Below, piece by piece: positions 27,098-36,756 of a stretch of 64,000 bases of DNA. A model generated the notes under the pieces. It was not told the origin of the DNA. It saw nothing but the letters and a program-made list of their open reading frames with translations, and did no database searches. How positions within the stretch are numbered: position 1 is the stretch's first letter; the number at the start of each line of letters is the position of its first letter. Position numbers and translations under genes: made by a program. Source of the DNA: Planctomycetota bacterium (GTDB taxonomy: Bacteria > Planctomycetota > UBA1135 > UBA2386); contig OZ245838.1 in the NCBI GenBank assembly GCA_965228735.1, positions 1,184,001-1,248,000 on the forward strand. The letters are read 5' to 3'.

Positions 27098-30000
27098 TCA
27101 ACGCGGCAGGGTCCGAGTGACCTCCTGTGAGGTCGCCGTGACCTGTCCGAGATCCAGTTCGGGCGCTTCGGCGCGAGGATCCTGGCCCGGCGCGAAGGCC
27201 CGCAGGTGCAAGCGACCCGGAGGTGCCGGGTCGAACACGATGCGGCCCGCGCTGTCCGAGCGTTCGCCCCAGCGCCAGGTGCGACTCAGGTGCGGATGAT
27301 CGAGCAACTCGGGCACGACGCGCACGTCCGCAGCCGGTGCGCCGGTCGCGTCGCGCACGGTCAGCACGAGGCGACTGGACGCGATCACCGGGCGGACGTC
27401 GACGATGCCGCCGGCGTCGACGGCGATCGGCGCGAGGTCGTACGCGTAGCGGTCGACGTCGGGCCGCGGCTCGAAGTGAGCGAAGGCCAGGTAGCGCCCC
27501 GGCTCGAGCCACGGCGAGACGTAGACCCCGTGCGCGTCGCGCGTCGCGTTGACGTGCCGCACACCGCCGTCACGCGTGAGGCGCGCGAACCCCGCGACCC
27601 CGGCCCAGGCCTCACCGTTCACGAAGAACGTGCCACGGACCCGCGCTGGCAGGTGTGCCGCGGCGTCGAGCGCGACCTCGACCGGAGCGCTGCCCGGCTG
27701 CACGTCGACGACGGCGAGCGGACCGTAGTTCTGGCCGCTGCCGCCCCGCGGCCCGGAACGGACGATGACCTTGGCCCAGACCTCGAACTGCCCCGCGGGC
27801 AAGCCGGTGAGTTCGAAGTTGCCTTGGGCATCGACGTAGGTCGCAGCCAGATCGTGATCCTCGCCGGCCGCACGCAGCAACACCTCCGGGTAGTCGTCGG
27901 CGAAGCGTTCCGCCGGGGGCGCGCCGATGCCTTGTTCGAACTCGGTGCGCGCGGCCTGCAGACGATCGGGGGCCGGCCCGAACCGGGTGACGAACGCCGG
28001 CGGACCGAGGACGCCGCGCACCCGCATCGCGGGATCCACCTCGATCCGCAGCGGCTCACCGGGCGCGGGCAACCGCACCGCGCGATCGGTGCGGGCGAGG
28101 CAATCCGGGCCGCTGACGAACACGACCAGCGGCGCGGCGAACTGCGGGACCTCGAGTTCACCGCGACCGGCACCGTTCGTCGTCGTGCTCGCGAGCACGA
28201 TGACGCTGCGGTGCGAACTGCTGCTGCCGCGCTTGCGCGCGCCGCGCAACGACGTCCGGTAACGGCCCAGGTCCGGCACGTCGATCGCATCGGCGGGGAC
28301 GACCTTGGCGATCTGGATCTCGACGCCGGCCATCGGTTCCGTCGTGCCGCGGCGGTGCGCGAGCACGTCGATCGAGCGGACGGGGGCGACCTCGATCGTC
28401 ATCGACTTGCGTTCGCCTTCCGCGAGCTCGATCGGGATCTCGCCGCGATCGCCGTACGGCTCGGCGGGGAACACCGACACCATCGCGCCGCCCGGCATGA
28501 GGTCCTCGAACTCGCGCACGCCGCCCGGATGCGAACGCACGGGCTGTCCCTTCAGCTGCGGCGAAGCGCCGTGCCGGAAGGTGTCCGACCAGCAACTCGC
28601 GCCGAACCATTCGACCGGCTCACGGCTCACGGCATCGATGACCGTGATCCGCAGCGTCGCCGGCGCGCGGCGACGCACGACGAGGCGCAGGTCGTCCGCA
28701 CCCCAGGTCAGCTCGCCGCCGTCGTCGATCCACTCGAGGTCGCGGCGGCTCTTCGGCAGGCGAAAGCGCCATGTCCCGCCGGACTCCCACGGCTTGTTGA
28801 TCGCGAAGAGGAAGCTGCCGTCGCTGGCGGTCCGAACCGGGTAGTAGCCGTAGCTGCCAGGCACGGGCAGCTGCAGCTCGACGTCGGGCACGGGTTCGCC
28901 GCGCTGGTCGACGAGGGTGCCACGCAGCGAGAGCTCGCGCGGCGGCGCCTGCAGCGCGATCGTGACGACGTGCCTATCGAGCTGCCGCGGCACCGTGAAC
29001 TCGCCGACGCGCGGGCCCGCGAACTCACATTCGAGGTCGTAGTGCCACGGCCCCCAGCCGACGACCCCGAGCTCGACGCGACCGCGCTCGTCCGTGTTGC
29101 CGTACCAATGCGTGCTCGTCGTCTCAGCGTCACGATCGATCGGCGCGGCGTTGAGCGGAATACCGGCGGCGGGGCGCCCGTCCACGCTGACCTCGACGAC
29201 GATCGGCGTGCCCGGCTCCAGCTCGAGGTCGCCGAGGTCGACGTCGGCACCGTCCGCGATCGAGTCCAGTCCACGGTGCGCGCTCTGGCGCCCGAGCGCG
29301 TCGATCTCGACCTGAAAGAACAGCAAGGGCGACGACGCGAAGCGGTACGCGAACGTGCCGTCCGCCGCGGTCTGAACGGTCCTCGGCTCGTGCCACTCGC
29401 GGGCGAGTGCCGCCGCGGTCCCGTTCCTCGGGTCATCACGGCCCAGTTCGTCCGCCCGCGACTGTTCGAGCGTCGCGCGCAGCATGACGTCGGCCAGCGC
29501 CAGCGGTTGGCCCGACTCGCTCGCGATCGCGCGGCCCCGAAGCACCGTCAGTTTCGGCTCGTCCGTTCGCTCCGGTATCGCCACCGCGGTGCGCTCGGCG
29601 TCACCGACCCGGGCGCTCGATCGTTGCCCGGGTTCGGCAGCGTCCATCGCGGCCGCGTTCGCGAGGCTGGCGCCCGGGACCTCGTTCGGTGGCGGCGCCG
29701 GCGCGCTCGCCTGCTGCACGACGAACGTGCCTGCAAGCAAGATCAGGATGCCGGCGGCCGCGAGCAGGTACTTGCCGGTGAGGGAGACCCCTACGACAGA
29801 CCCGGTCGCGGTGAGCGCCCCGAGGACCTCGGCACGGATCGCCGGCAGCCCGTCGCGCGCCAGCGCCACCTCCTGCGCGAGCACGGCGAGCAGGGCCGGG
29901 GCAGCGAGCCCGGGCGGCAGCGCACTGCGGAGCATCTCGAGGCCGCGCCGCAGCTTCGTGCGCACGGTCGCCGGTGGTTGACCCAGCGCGTGGGCGATAT

Positions 30001-30511
30001 CGACGGCGCGCAGGCCGTGGACGAGTCGCAGCGCGAGGACCTCGCGGTAGCCCTGCGGCAGACCATCGAGCGCGCTGCTGATCTGCGCGCGGGTCTCGCG
30101 GTCGATCGCGACCCGTTCGGGATCGGGCGTCGCATCGACGTTTGCGACGCTACCTGCGACAACAGTGGCGGGCACGGCACGCGCCTCACGCCGGCGGCGC
30201 CGCTGCGTCGAACGCCGCTGATCCTGCGCCCGGTGATTCAGGATGCCGAGCAGCCACGGCAGCACGGGCCGATCACCGTCGTGGTCCGCCGCGTCGCGCA
30301 GGACCTGCAGGAAGACGGTCTGCACGAGATCCTCGGCGAGCGCGGCGTCGTCGGTCAAGTGCATCGCGACGAGCAGCAGGCGTGGAGCCGCCGCATCGAA
30401 CACCCGACCGAGGTCCTCGGGTGACCGGGTGCGTTGGAAGCGCTTGAAGTCGCGGTCGATCGAGCTGGCTGCACTGCTGTCCGAAGAGCTGTCTTGCTGG
30501 GGAGCGTTCAC
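27098..30511 (-). CDS. ECF sigma-70 factor fused to a TM helix and long extracytoplasmic beta-sandwich (carboxypeptidase-regulatory-like) repeats
   Basis: AEDLVQTVFL, PWLLGILNH, LPQGYREVLALR..GL...IA..LG.P.ATVRTKLRRG; TM YLLAAAGILILLAG; repeated LRG..VD..G.PV....T..DG.F units. Confidence 0.88.
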   Translation of the reverse strand: MNAPQQDSSSDSSAASSIDRDFKRFQRTRSPEDLGRVFDAAAPRLLLVAMHLTDDAALAEDLVQTVFLQVLRDAADHDGDRPVLPWLLGILNHRAQDQRRSTQRRRRREARAVPATVVAGSVANVDATPDPERVAIDRETRAQISSALDGLPQGYREVLALRLVHGLRAVDIAHALGQPPATVRTKLRRGLEMLRSALPPGLAAPALLAVLAQEVALARDGLPAIRAEVLGALTATGSVVGVSLTGKYLLAAAGILILLAGTFVVQQASAPAPPPNEVPGASLANAAAMDAAEPGQRSSARVGDAERTAVAIPERTDEPKLTVLRGRAIASESGQPLALADVMLRATLEQSRADELGRDDPRNGTAAALAREWHEPRTVQTAADGTFAYRFASSPLLFFQVEIDALGRQSAHRGLDSIADGADVDLGDLELEPGTPIVVEVSVDGRPAAGIPLNAAPIDRDAETTSTHWYGNTDERGRVELGVVGWGPWHYDLECEFAGPRVGEFTVPRQLDRHVVTIALQAPPRELSLRGTLVDQRGEPVPDVELQLPVPGSYGYYPVRTASDGSFLFAINKPWESGGTWRFRLPKSRRDLEWIDDGGELTWGADDLRLVVRRRAPATLRITVIDAVSREPVEWFGASCWSDTFRHGASPQLKGQPVRSHPGGVREFEDLMPGGAMVSVFPAEPYGDRGEIPIELAEGERKSMTIEVAPVRSIDVLAHRRGTTEPMAGVEIQIAKVVPADAIDVPDLGRYRTSLRGARKRGSSSSHRSVIVLASTTTNGAGRGELEVPQFAAPLVVFVSGPDCLARTDRAVRLPAPGEPLRIEVDPAMRVRGVLGPPAFVTRFGPAPDRLQAARTEFEQGIGAPPAERFADDYPEVLLRAAGEDHDLAATYVDAQGNFELTGLPAGQFEVWAKVIVRSGPRGGSGQNYGPLAVVDVQPGSAPVEVALDAAAHLPARVRGTFFVNGEAWAGVAGFARLTRDGGVRHVNATRDAHGVYVSPWLEPGRYLAFAHFEPRPDVDRYAYDLAPIAVDAGGIVDVRPVIASSRLVLTVRDATGAPAADVRVVPELLDHPHLSRTWRWGERSDSAGRIVFDPAPPGRLHLRAFAPGQDPRAEAPELDLGQVTATSQEVTRTLPR

Positions 30512-30585
30512 GACATCGAATGCGTCACCGGCAGCCGGAACGTTTCACATTCCGCTCCTGCCCGCGTGTTCGAGTCTAACCGCTC

Positions 30586-31470
30586 CTACGTCAACGCGAT
30601 GCGGCGGGCGATCCAGCGCGCCGGCAGGATCACGCCCGCAATCGCCCCGGCTTCGACCCAGCGGCCGGCGGCCACCGCGAGCAGCGCCGTGTAGAGCATC
30701 GTGCCGAGCAGCAGATACATCATCGACCGGCGAATCGCGGCCTGGTCGAACTCACGAGTCTTCGTGTTGCGCCGCCCGAACCACAGGATCGGCACCAGCG
30801 CGATCGCGGGCGCGGGCCACAGACCGCCCTGCACCGCGAGGATACCGACGAGCGCGGCGAGCGGCGGCGCGGACTGGATGGACTGGACCGCGCGCGTCGA
30901 CACCGACTTCCGATCCTCGTAGATCCCGAGCACGGTGACCGCGCAGATGTAGATGAAGTAGCACAGCGCCGCGATCCGCAGATCGAGCCCGCGATCCATC
31001 CCCTCTGCGATGTCGAGGTCGAGGCCGGCCGGCAGCAGCAGCGCCGTCATGAGGTTCAGCCCGCGCAACGTGCCCATCGCGAGCGCGCCGAGCCAGTCGA
31101 TCTTCTTCAGCGCGAAGTCGTACGCGAGCACGAGGCCCGCGAGGAACAGGTGGAAGTAGCGACAGGGCGAGGCGATCAAACCGCCCGTGAGCAGCAGCGT
31201 CCCGAGCAGAACGGCGAACCACAGCGGCAGCGCGCCGCTCGGCAGCGGCCGCTCGGGCCGCTGCACGGCGTCCAGCTTGCGGTCCGCGACGTCGTTCCAC
31301 ACCATGCCCGCGGCGTAGATGCAGACGCTCGCCGCGACCGCGCGCCCGGCGTCCTGATCCCACGGCAGCCCGAGGATCGCGAGCGACGCGGTGACGTCGG
31401 CGGCGGGGGAGAACAGCGTGCCGACGCGCAGCAGCCGCAGCGTCGCGAGCACCTTCGAACCGTCGGTCAC
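30586..31470 (-). CDS. UbiA family prenyltransferase (EboC-like)
   Basis: YAAGMVWNDVADRKLDAVQRPERPLPSG Asp-rich motif, LAYD..LKK, MG..RGLN; multiple TM helices. Confidence 0.85.
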   Translation of the reverse strand: MTDGSKVLATLRLLRVGTLFSPAADVTASLAILGLPWDQDAGRAVAASVCIYAAGMVWNDVADRKLDAVQRPERPLPSGALPLWFAVLLGTLLLTGGLIASPCRYFHLFLAGLVLAYDFALKKIDWLGALAMGTLRGLNLMTALLLPAGLDLDIAEGMDRGLDLRIAALCYFIYICAVTVLGIYEDRKSVSTRAVQSIQSAPPLAALVGILAVQGGLWPAPAIALVPILWFGRRNTKTREFDQAAIRRSMMYLLLGTMLYTALLAVAAGRWVEAGAIAGVILPARWIARRIALT

Positions 31471-33296
31471 AGCAGGCGCAGGATGTCGTTGTAGGTCACG
31501 AACAGAACCAGCAGCAGGACGAACACGAGGCCGACGATCTGGCTGTAGCCGAACACCTTGGCGCTGACGGGCGAGCCCTTGACCTTCTCGATCAGCAGGA
31601 AGAGCAGGTGGCCGCCGTCGAGCACCGGGATCGGCAGCAGGTTGACGAACGCGAGGTTGACGCTGATCAGCGCGAGGAAGTACCAGAACCAGGACGGGCC
31701 GCGCTGCGCCGCCTGGTAGCTGACCTGCGTGATGCGGATGATGCCGCCGAGGTTGTTGGCGCCGACGTCACCGGTGATCAGCCGCTTCAGCGTCACGTAG
31801 CTCTGCTTGATGAGATCGAGCGAGCAGACCGTGCCGAGGTAGAGCGCGTCACCGAAGCCCTCGGCGCGGATCTCCTGCTGGACGATCGGCGCCACCATCG
31901 CGAACCCGTAGTCGAACTGATCGGGACGAACCGGATCGACGGTCACCGTCAAGGTCTGGCCGCGGGGCAGATCCCGCTCCGCGGCGTCGAACCACGCCGA
32001 CGTCGATTCGGCGTCGGCGATGCGCCGAATGCGCATCTCGATCGGCTTGCCTTTCGACCCCTCGATCCGCTCCCGCATGTCGTCCCAGGTCGACACCGAA
32101 TCGCCGCCGATCGCTTCGACCAGGTCGCCGGACTGGATCCCGGCCAGCATCGCGGGCCGATCCGGGACGGGGCGGATTCGCATGCTCTCGTCGGCTCCGA
32201 GCGCGACGAGATCGGCGAGTTGACCGCGCTGCTCCGGGGTGACGGCGGTAGCGAGCTCGACCTCGACGCCATTCCGTGCCACGCGCATCCGCAGCTCGGG
32301 CGGTCCGACCTCGAAGGGTTCGAGGTCACCCGAAAGGAAGGTGGTGCCGTCGACGGCGAGGACGACGTCACCGCGCTCCAGCTTCAGTTGCCGAAGCCAA
32401 TCCGAATCGCGCAGGCCAACGACCCGGCGCGGCAAGGATGTGATGCCAACCACGGCGGCCAGCGGGTCGAGCCGCTTCGGATCGCGAATCGTCGCAGTGA
32501 CGAGGTCGTCGCCGCGGCGCACTTCCAGCTCGAGCGGTTCGCCGGTGTCCTCCGCCTCCACGACTTTCTCGGCCGCGTCGGTCGATCCATTGGCGCGAAC
32601 GAGGACATCGCCGTCCTGGATCCCGGCGCGGGCAGCCGGGCCGCCCGCCTCGACCTTCGTGGCCTCGAAGTCGTGATAGCTCGCACCGACGCCGAGCTCG
32701 AAGAGCCCGGATCGGCGATTGAACTGCGGCACGGCCACGACCGTCTGCCGCTCGCCGTCGCGTTCGATCGTGAGCTCGATGGGGCGCTGCCCGTGCAGCG
32801 CGACCTCGACGCCGAGGTTCTCGAACGACCGGATCTCGCGGCCGTCGACCTCGAGCACGCGATCGCCGATCTGCAGCTCCGCTTCCCACGCGGCCGAGCC
32901 GTGGCCGATGCGCCCGATGATCGGCGCGCTGAAGTCGACGCCGACGCCGAACACGATCGGGAAGATCAGCAGCGCGAGCAGCAGGTTCATGATGACGCCG
33001 CCCGACCAGAACAGCGCGCGCTGGCCGATCGACTTGGCGTAGAGCGACTCCTTGGCCGGATAGCGCCGGTCCGTCGGTTCGGCGCCCGCGACCATGACGT
33101 AGCCGCCGAACGGCACCAGGGACAACCGGAAGTCGGTGCCGCGCCACTGGAACCCGCAGAGCCGCGGCCCGAAGCCGAGTGAGAAGACCTCGACGCGCAC
33201 GCCGGCGAGCCGGGCCGCGATGAAGTGGCCGCCTTCGTGGACGAAGATCAGCAGTCCGATGCCGACGATCGCGATGAGGATGTTCAGGAAGTCCAT
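31467..33296 (-). CDS. rseP: RIP metalloprotease RseP (M50) with multiple PDZ domains
   Basis: HEGGH, FSLGFGP, PFGGYV, GGV.MN, NLLPIPVLDGGH; several PA..AG...GD PDZ segments; follows dxr. Confidence 0.93.
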   Translation of the reverse strand: MDFLNILIAIVGIGLLIFVHEGGHFIAARLAGVRVEVFSLGFGPRLCGFQWRGTDFRLSLVPFGGYVMVAGAEPTDRRYPAKESLYAKSIGQRALFWSGGVIMNLLLALLIFPIVFGVGVDFSAPIIGRIGHGSAAWEAELQIGDRVLEVDGREIRSFENLGVEVALHGQRPIELTIERDGERQTVVAVPQFNRRSGLFELGVGASYHDFEATKVEAGGPAARAGIQDGDVLVRANGSTDAAEKVVEAEDTGEPLELEVRRGDDLVTATIRDPKRLDPLAAVVGITSLPRRVVGLRDSDWLRQLKLERGDVVLAVDGTTFLSGDLEPFEVGPPELRMRVARNGVEVELATAVTPEQRGQLADLVALGADESMRIRPVPDRPAMLAGIQSGDLVEAIGGDSVSTWDDMRERIEGSKGKPIEMRIRRIADAESTSAWFDAAERDLPRGQTLTVTVDPVRPDQFDYGFAMVAPIVQQEIRAEGFGDALYLGTVCSLDLIKQSYVTLKRLITGDVGANNLGGIIRITQVSYQAAQRGPSWFWYFLALISVNLAFVNLLPIPVLDGGHLLFLLIEKVKGSPVSAKVFGYSQIVGLVFVLLLVLFVTYNDILRLL

Positions 33297-33327
33297 GCTG
33301 CGGGCCCCGCACGCGGCGGGGAGGGGG

Positions 33328-34491
33328 TCACCGAGAGGCGGTCTGGGTCAGGCGGGCGGCGGACTGCCGCCCCTCTGCATCGGCATTCTGCACGTCGGAG
33401 AGGGAGGTGATCGGCCGCGGCGCCCGCTCGGCGAGCACGGTGCGGCATATGTCGACGATCGCCGGGAACGGGATCGCGCCGTCGAGGAACGCCTGGGTCG
33501 CGATCTCGTCCGCGGCGTTGAGCCGCGCGCCGGTGTCACCGCCAGCGGCCATGACCTCGTAGGCGAGATCGACGGCCGGGTAGCGTTCGCGATCGCAGGG
33601 TTCGAACGTGAGCGACTGCCAGCGCGCGACGTCGAACGGTTCGAAGTCGAACGGCAACCGCTCGGGATAGGACAGGCAGTAGAGGATCGGCACGCGCATG
33701 TCGGGCACGCCGCACTGCGCCATGATCGAGCCGTCGACGAACTCGACCATGCTGTGGACGATGCTCTGGGGGTGGAGCACGACCTCGATCTGCTCGGCGG
33801 GCAGGCCGAACAGCCAATGCGCTTCGAGCACCTCGAACGCCTTGTTCATCATCGTCGCGCTGCCGATCGTGATGCGCGGGCCCATCTTCCACGTCGGATG
33901 GGCGAGCGCTTCCTCGCGCGTGACCTGATCGAACGTGCCGAGATCACGCGTCCGCAGCGGCCCGCCCGAACCGGTGAGGAGCACGCGCCGGACGGCCTTG
34001 CGGTCTTCCCCGTTGAGGCACTGGAAGACGGCGCAGTGCTCGCTGTCGACGGGCAGGATCGTGGCGCCGTTCTGCTGCGCGAGCGGCATCAGGTAGTCGC
34101 CCGCGACGACGAGCGACTCCTTGTTGGCGAGCGCGAGCGTGCGGCCCGTCCGCAACGTCCACTCCGACGCCGCGAGGCCGGCGGCACCCATGATGCCGTT
34201 GAGCACGGTGTCGGGCTGCGTGCGTTCGAGGGCGTCGAGCACGCCGGCGCTGCCCGCGAACCACTCGGTCCCGGCCGGCAGGTCGGGGCGGTCGTCCACG
34301 CCCGTGAGACACACGGCATCGGCGCCGTGCGTGGCGGCCTGCGCCGCGATCCCGGCGGCGCTGCGGTGGGCGGCAAGCAGCACGACGTCGAACCGGTCGC
34401 CATTCTGCGCGAGAATCTCGAGCGCCTGCGTCCCCACGGAACCCGTGGAGCCGAGAACCGCGATGCGACGTTTGCCCACGGGATCGATCAT
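33328..34491 (-). CDS. dxr: 1-deoxy-D-xylulose-5-phosphate reductoisomerase
   Basis: VLGSTGSVG, LALANKESLV, PVDSEH, TGSGGP, HPTWKMG.RIT..SATMMNK.FE. Confidence 0.96.
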   Translation of the reverse strand: MIDPVGKRRIAVLGSTGSVGTQALEILAQNGDRFDVVLLAAHRSAAGIAAQAATHGADAVCLTGVDDRPDLPAGTEWFAGSAGVLDALERTQPDTVLNGIMGAAGLAASEWTLRTGRTLALANKESLVVAGDYLMPLAQQNGATILPVDSEHCAVFQCLNGEDRKAVRRVLLTGSGGPLRTRDLGTFDQVTREEALAHPTWKMGPRITIGSATMMNKAFEVLEAHWLFGLPAEQIEVVLHPQSIVHSMVEFVDGSIMAQCGVPDMRVPILYCLSYPERLPFDFEPFDVARWQSLTFEPCDRERYPAVDLAYEVMAAGGDTGARLNAADEIATQAFLDGAIPFPAIVDICRTVLAERAPRPITSLSDVQNADAEGRQSAARLTQTASR

Positions 34492-34574
34492 GGGCCGGCC
34501 CGACCGATTTGCAACCGACCCGGACGGGTTCCTCGGTTGCCGCGGCGGCGCCAGGGCCCGATGATGGTTCGGAC

Positions 34575-35648
34575 ATGAGCGATGCCCCTTCGGCCTATCG
34601 ACGCGCTGGCGTCGACATCGACAAGAAGTATGCGGCGGTGACGGGCGCGGGCGACGCGATCCGGTCGACGTTCACCAAGGGCGTGCGCGGCGACGTCGGC
34701 GCGTTCGGCGGCGTGTTCGATCTCGCGGCCGTCGGCGCCGAGGGGCAGCTGCTCGTCGCGTCGACGGACGGTGTCGGCACCAAGGTCATGGTCGCGCAGA
34801 TGCGCGCGCGTGCTGCGGGCGAGGGAGCGGACGCGCAGGCCCTCGTCGGCTCGGTCGGCGAGGACCTCGTGAACCATTGCGTGAACGACATCCTCGTGCA
34901 GGGTGCGCGCCCGCTGTTCTTCCTCGACTACATCGCGATGTCCCAGATGCGGCCCGCGGAGGTCACGGCGATCATCGCCGGTCTCGCGAAGGCCTGCCGC
35001 GAGAACGACTGCGCGCTGCTCGGCGGCGAGACCGCGGAGATGCCCGGCGTCTACCGTGACGGCGAGGTCGACATCGCGGGCACGATCATCGGCGCCGTGC
35101 CGCGCGACCGCGTGCTCGACGGCAGCGCGATCGCCGTGGGGGACCGGCTCATCGGCCTCGAGAGCTCGGGCCTGCACACCAACGGCTATTCCCTGGCGCG
35201 CCAGGTGCTGTTCGCCGATTCGGGCTTCACCGTGAGCGACACGCCGGACGAGCTCTCGGGCCAGACCGTCGGCGACGCGCTGCTCGCTGTGCACCGCAGC
35301 TACCTGCGGCAGTGCCTGCCGCTGTGCGAACAGGGCCTGCTACGCGGGCTCGCCCACATCACGGGCGGCGGGCTGCCGGACAACCTGCCGCGCGTGCTGC
35401 CGGCCGGCACCGCGGCCAGGATCGATACGAGCGCGATCCCGCGGTCGCCGATCTGCGACCTCATCGTCGAGCGCGGTGGCGTGGCGCGCGAGGAGTCGTA
35501 CCGCGTGCTCAACATGGGCGTCGGCATGGTGCTCGTCGTTGCGAGTGAGAACGTCGACGCCGTGACGAAGTCGCTGGTCGATGCCGGTGAGGAGCCGTTC
35601 GCCCTTGGCGAGATCGTCGCCGGCGACAAGAAGGTGGAGCTCGCATGA
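34575..35648 (+). CDS. purM: Phosphoribosylformylglycinamidine cyclo-ligase
   Basis: Y..AGVDI, GAFGGVF, STDGVGTK, NDILVQGA.PLFFLDY, GGETAEMPG, SSGLHTNGYSL, AHITGGG, NMGVG. Confidence 0.96.
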   Translation: MSDAPSAYRRAGVDIDKKYAAVTGAGDAIRSTFTKGVRGDVGAFGGVFDLAAVGAEGQLLVASTDGVGTKVMVAQMRARAAGEGADAQALVGSVGEDLVNHCVNDILVQGARPLFFLDYIAMSQMRPAEVTAIIAGLAKACRENDCALLGGETAEMPGVYRDGEVDIAGTIIGAVPRDRVLDGSAIAVGDRLIGLESSGLHTNGYSLARQVLFADSGFTVSDTPDELSGQTVGDALLAVHRSYLRQCLPLCEQGLLRGLAHITGGGLPDNLPRVLPAGTAARIDTSAIPRSPICDLIVERGGVAREESYRVLNMGVGMVLVVASENVDAVTKSLVDAGEEPFALGEIVAGDKKVELA

Positions 35649-36646
35649 CGCCCCGGTCGAACGCGTTCGTGCTCGCTGTCCTCGTGCTGGCGGGGAACGC
35701 GATCGGGCAGATCGAGACCGAGCAGGATGCCGCCGATCGTTGGTATTCGGCTTACGCGAAATACCTCGAGGCCGACGACGCAGCGGCGCGGCGTGAGCAC
35801 GCGGTCGCTGCCAGCAACGTGTATCTGCAGCTTCCCGAGACGGGACGGCGCCTGGTCGTGGACGGCGGGCTCGAAGTCCTGCTCGCCGCCGGGCGCGATC
35901 GTGTCGCCCTCGAGATCGCCGAAGCCCTGGGCACGACTCGGCTGACGAAGGCGGCGCCGTCGCAGCTGCGGCTGTTCGCACGCACCGGCCAGCTGGAGCC
36001 GTTCCTCGCGCTCTTCGAACTCGTGCTCGCGGAAGAGGCCGAGCCAGGGCTTGGCGGGCTGCAGATCGTCGTGGCATCGACATGGTCGGTCTTGCGGGAC
36101 GAAGAACGCCACGTGCTGCCTCTCGCCGATCAGGCGCTTCGCACGGGCCGCACGAAGCTCGGCCGCGAGCTCTTCGAGCGCATGGCGCGGCTCGAGCCGC
36201 CCCAGGCCTACCGCTTCAGCAACCTCGCGCTCTGCCTCCGCAACCTCGGCGACATCGAGGGTGCGAAGCAGGCCTACGACCGCGCACTCGAACTCCAGCC
36301 CGGCGACGCGCAGACGCTCAACGATCTCGGCCTGCTGCAGCGTGCAACGGGCGACACCGCAGCTGCGCTGAGGACGTTCCGCAAGAGCTACGCGCAGGAC
36401 ACCGCGGTCCCGGGCGGCCAGGCCGGGCAGGGCCCCGCCGTGACCAACCTGCTCTACCACGTGGCCATGGGGGAGCCTGACGTGCCCGTCGGCGCCCCGG
36501 ATCCGCTCGTTCTCGCCAGCAAAGCCCTCGCCGTTCGGCCCGAGGCGCGAATGCTGGGGCGCCTGACGATCGACGTCACCCTCGATCGGATCACCGCTTC
36601 CCGAACCGGCAAGGGCACGGGCCCGGGTTCGGCGCGGGATCGGTAG
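35645..36646 (+). CDS. Exported tetratricopeptide-repeat protein
   Basis: Signal peptide; SNLALCLRNLGDIEGAKQAYDRALELQPGD..TLNDLGLL TPR units; ATGA overlap with purM. Confidence 0.8.
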   Translation: MTPRSNAFVLAVLVLAGNAIGQIETEQDAADRWYSAYAKYLEADDAAARREHAVAASNVYLQLPETGRRLVVDGGLEVLLAAGRDRVALEIAEALGTTRLTKAAPSQLRLFARTGQLEPFLALFELVLAEEAEPGLGGLQIVVASTWSVLRDEERHVLPLADQALRTGRTKLGRELFERMARLEPPQAYRFSNLALCLRNLGDIEGAKQAYDRALELQPGDAQTLNDLGLLQRATGDTAAALRTFRKSYAQDTAVPGGQAGQGPAVTNLLYHVAMGEPDVPVGAPDPLVLASKALAVRPEARMLGRLTIDVTLDRITASRTGKGTGPGSARDR

Positions 36647-36756
36647 CCAACCCTGACGCGATCCGCTACTTTGGGGTCTCGCACGGGGCGCGCCGCCGCC
36701 CTATTCGACCCCTCTCACGATTTCTCCCGCGACCCGCACTCAACCGCGAGGCATCG

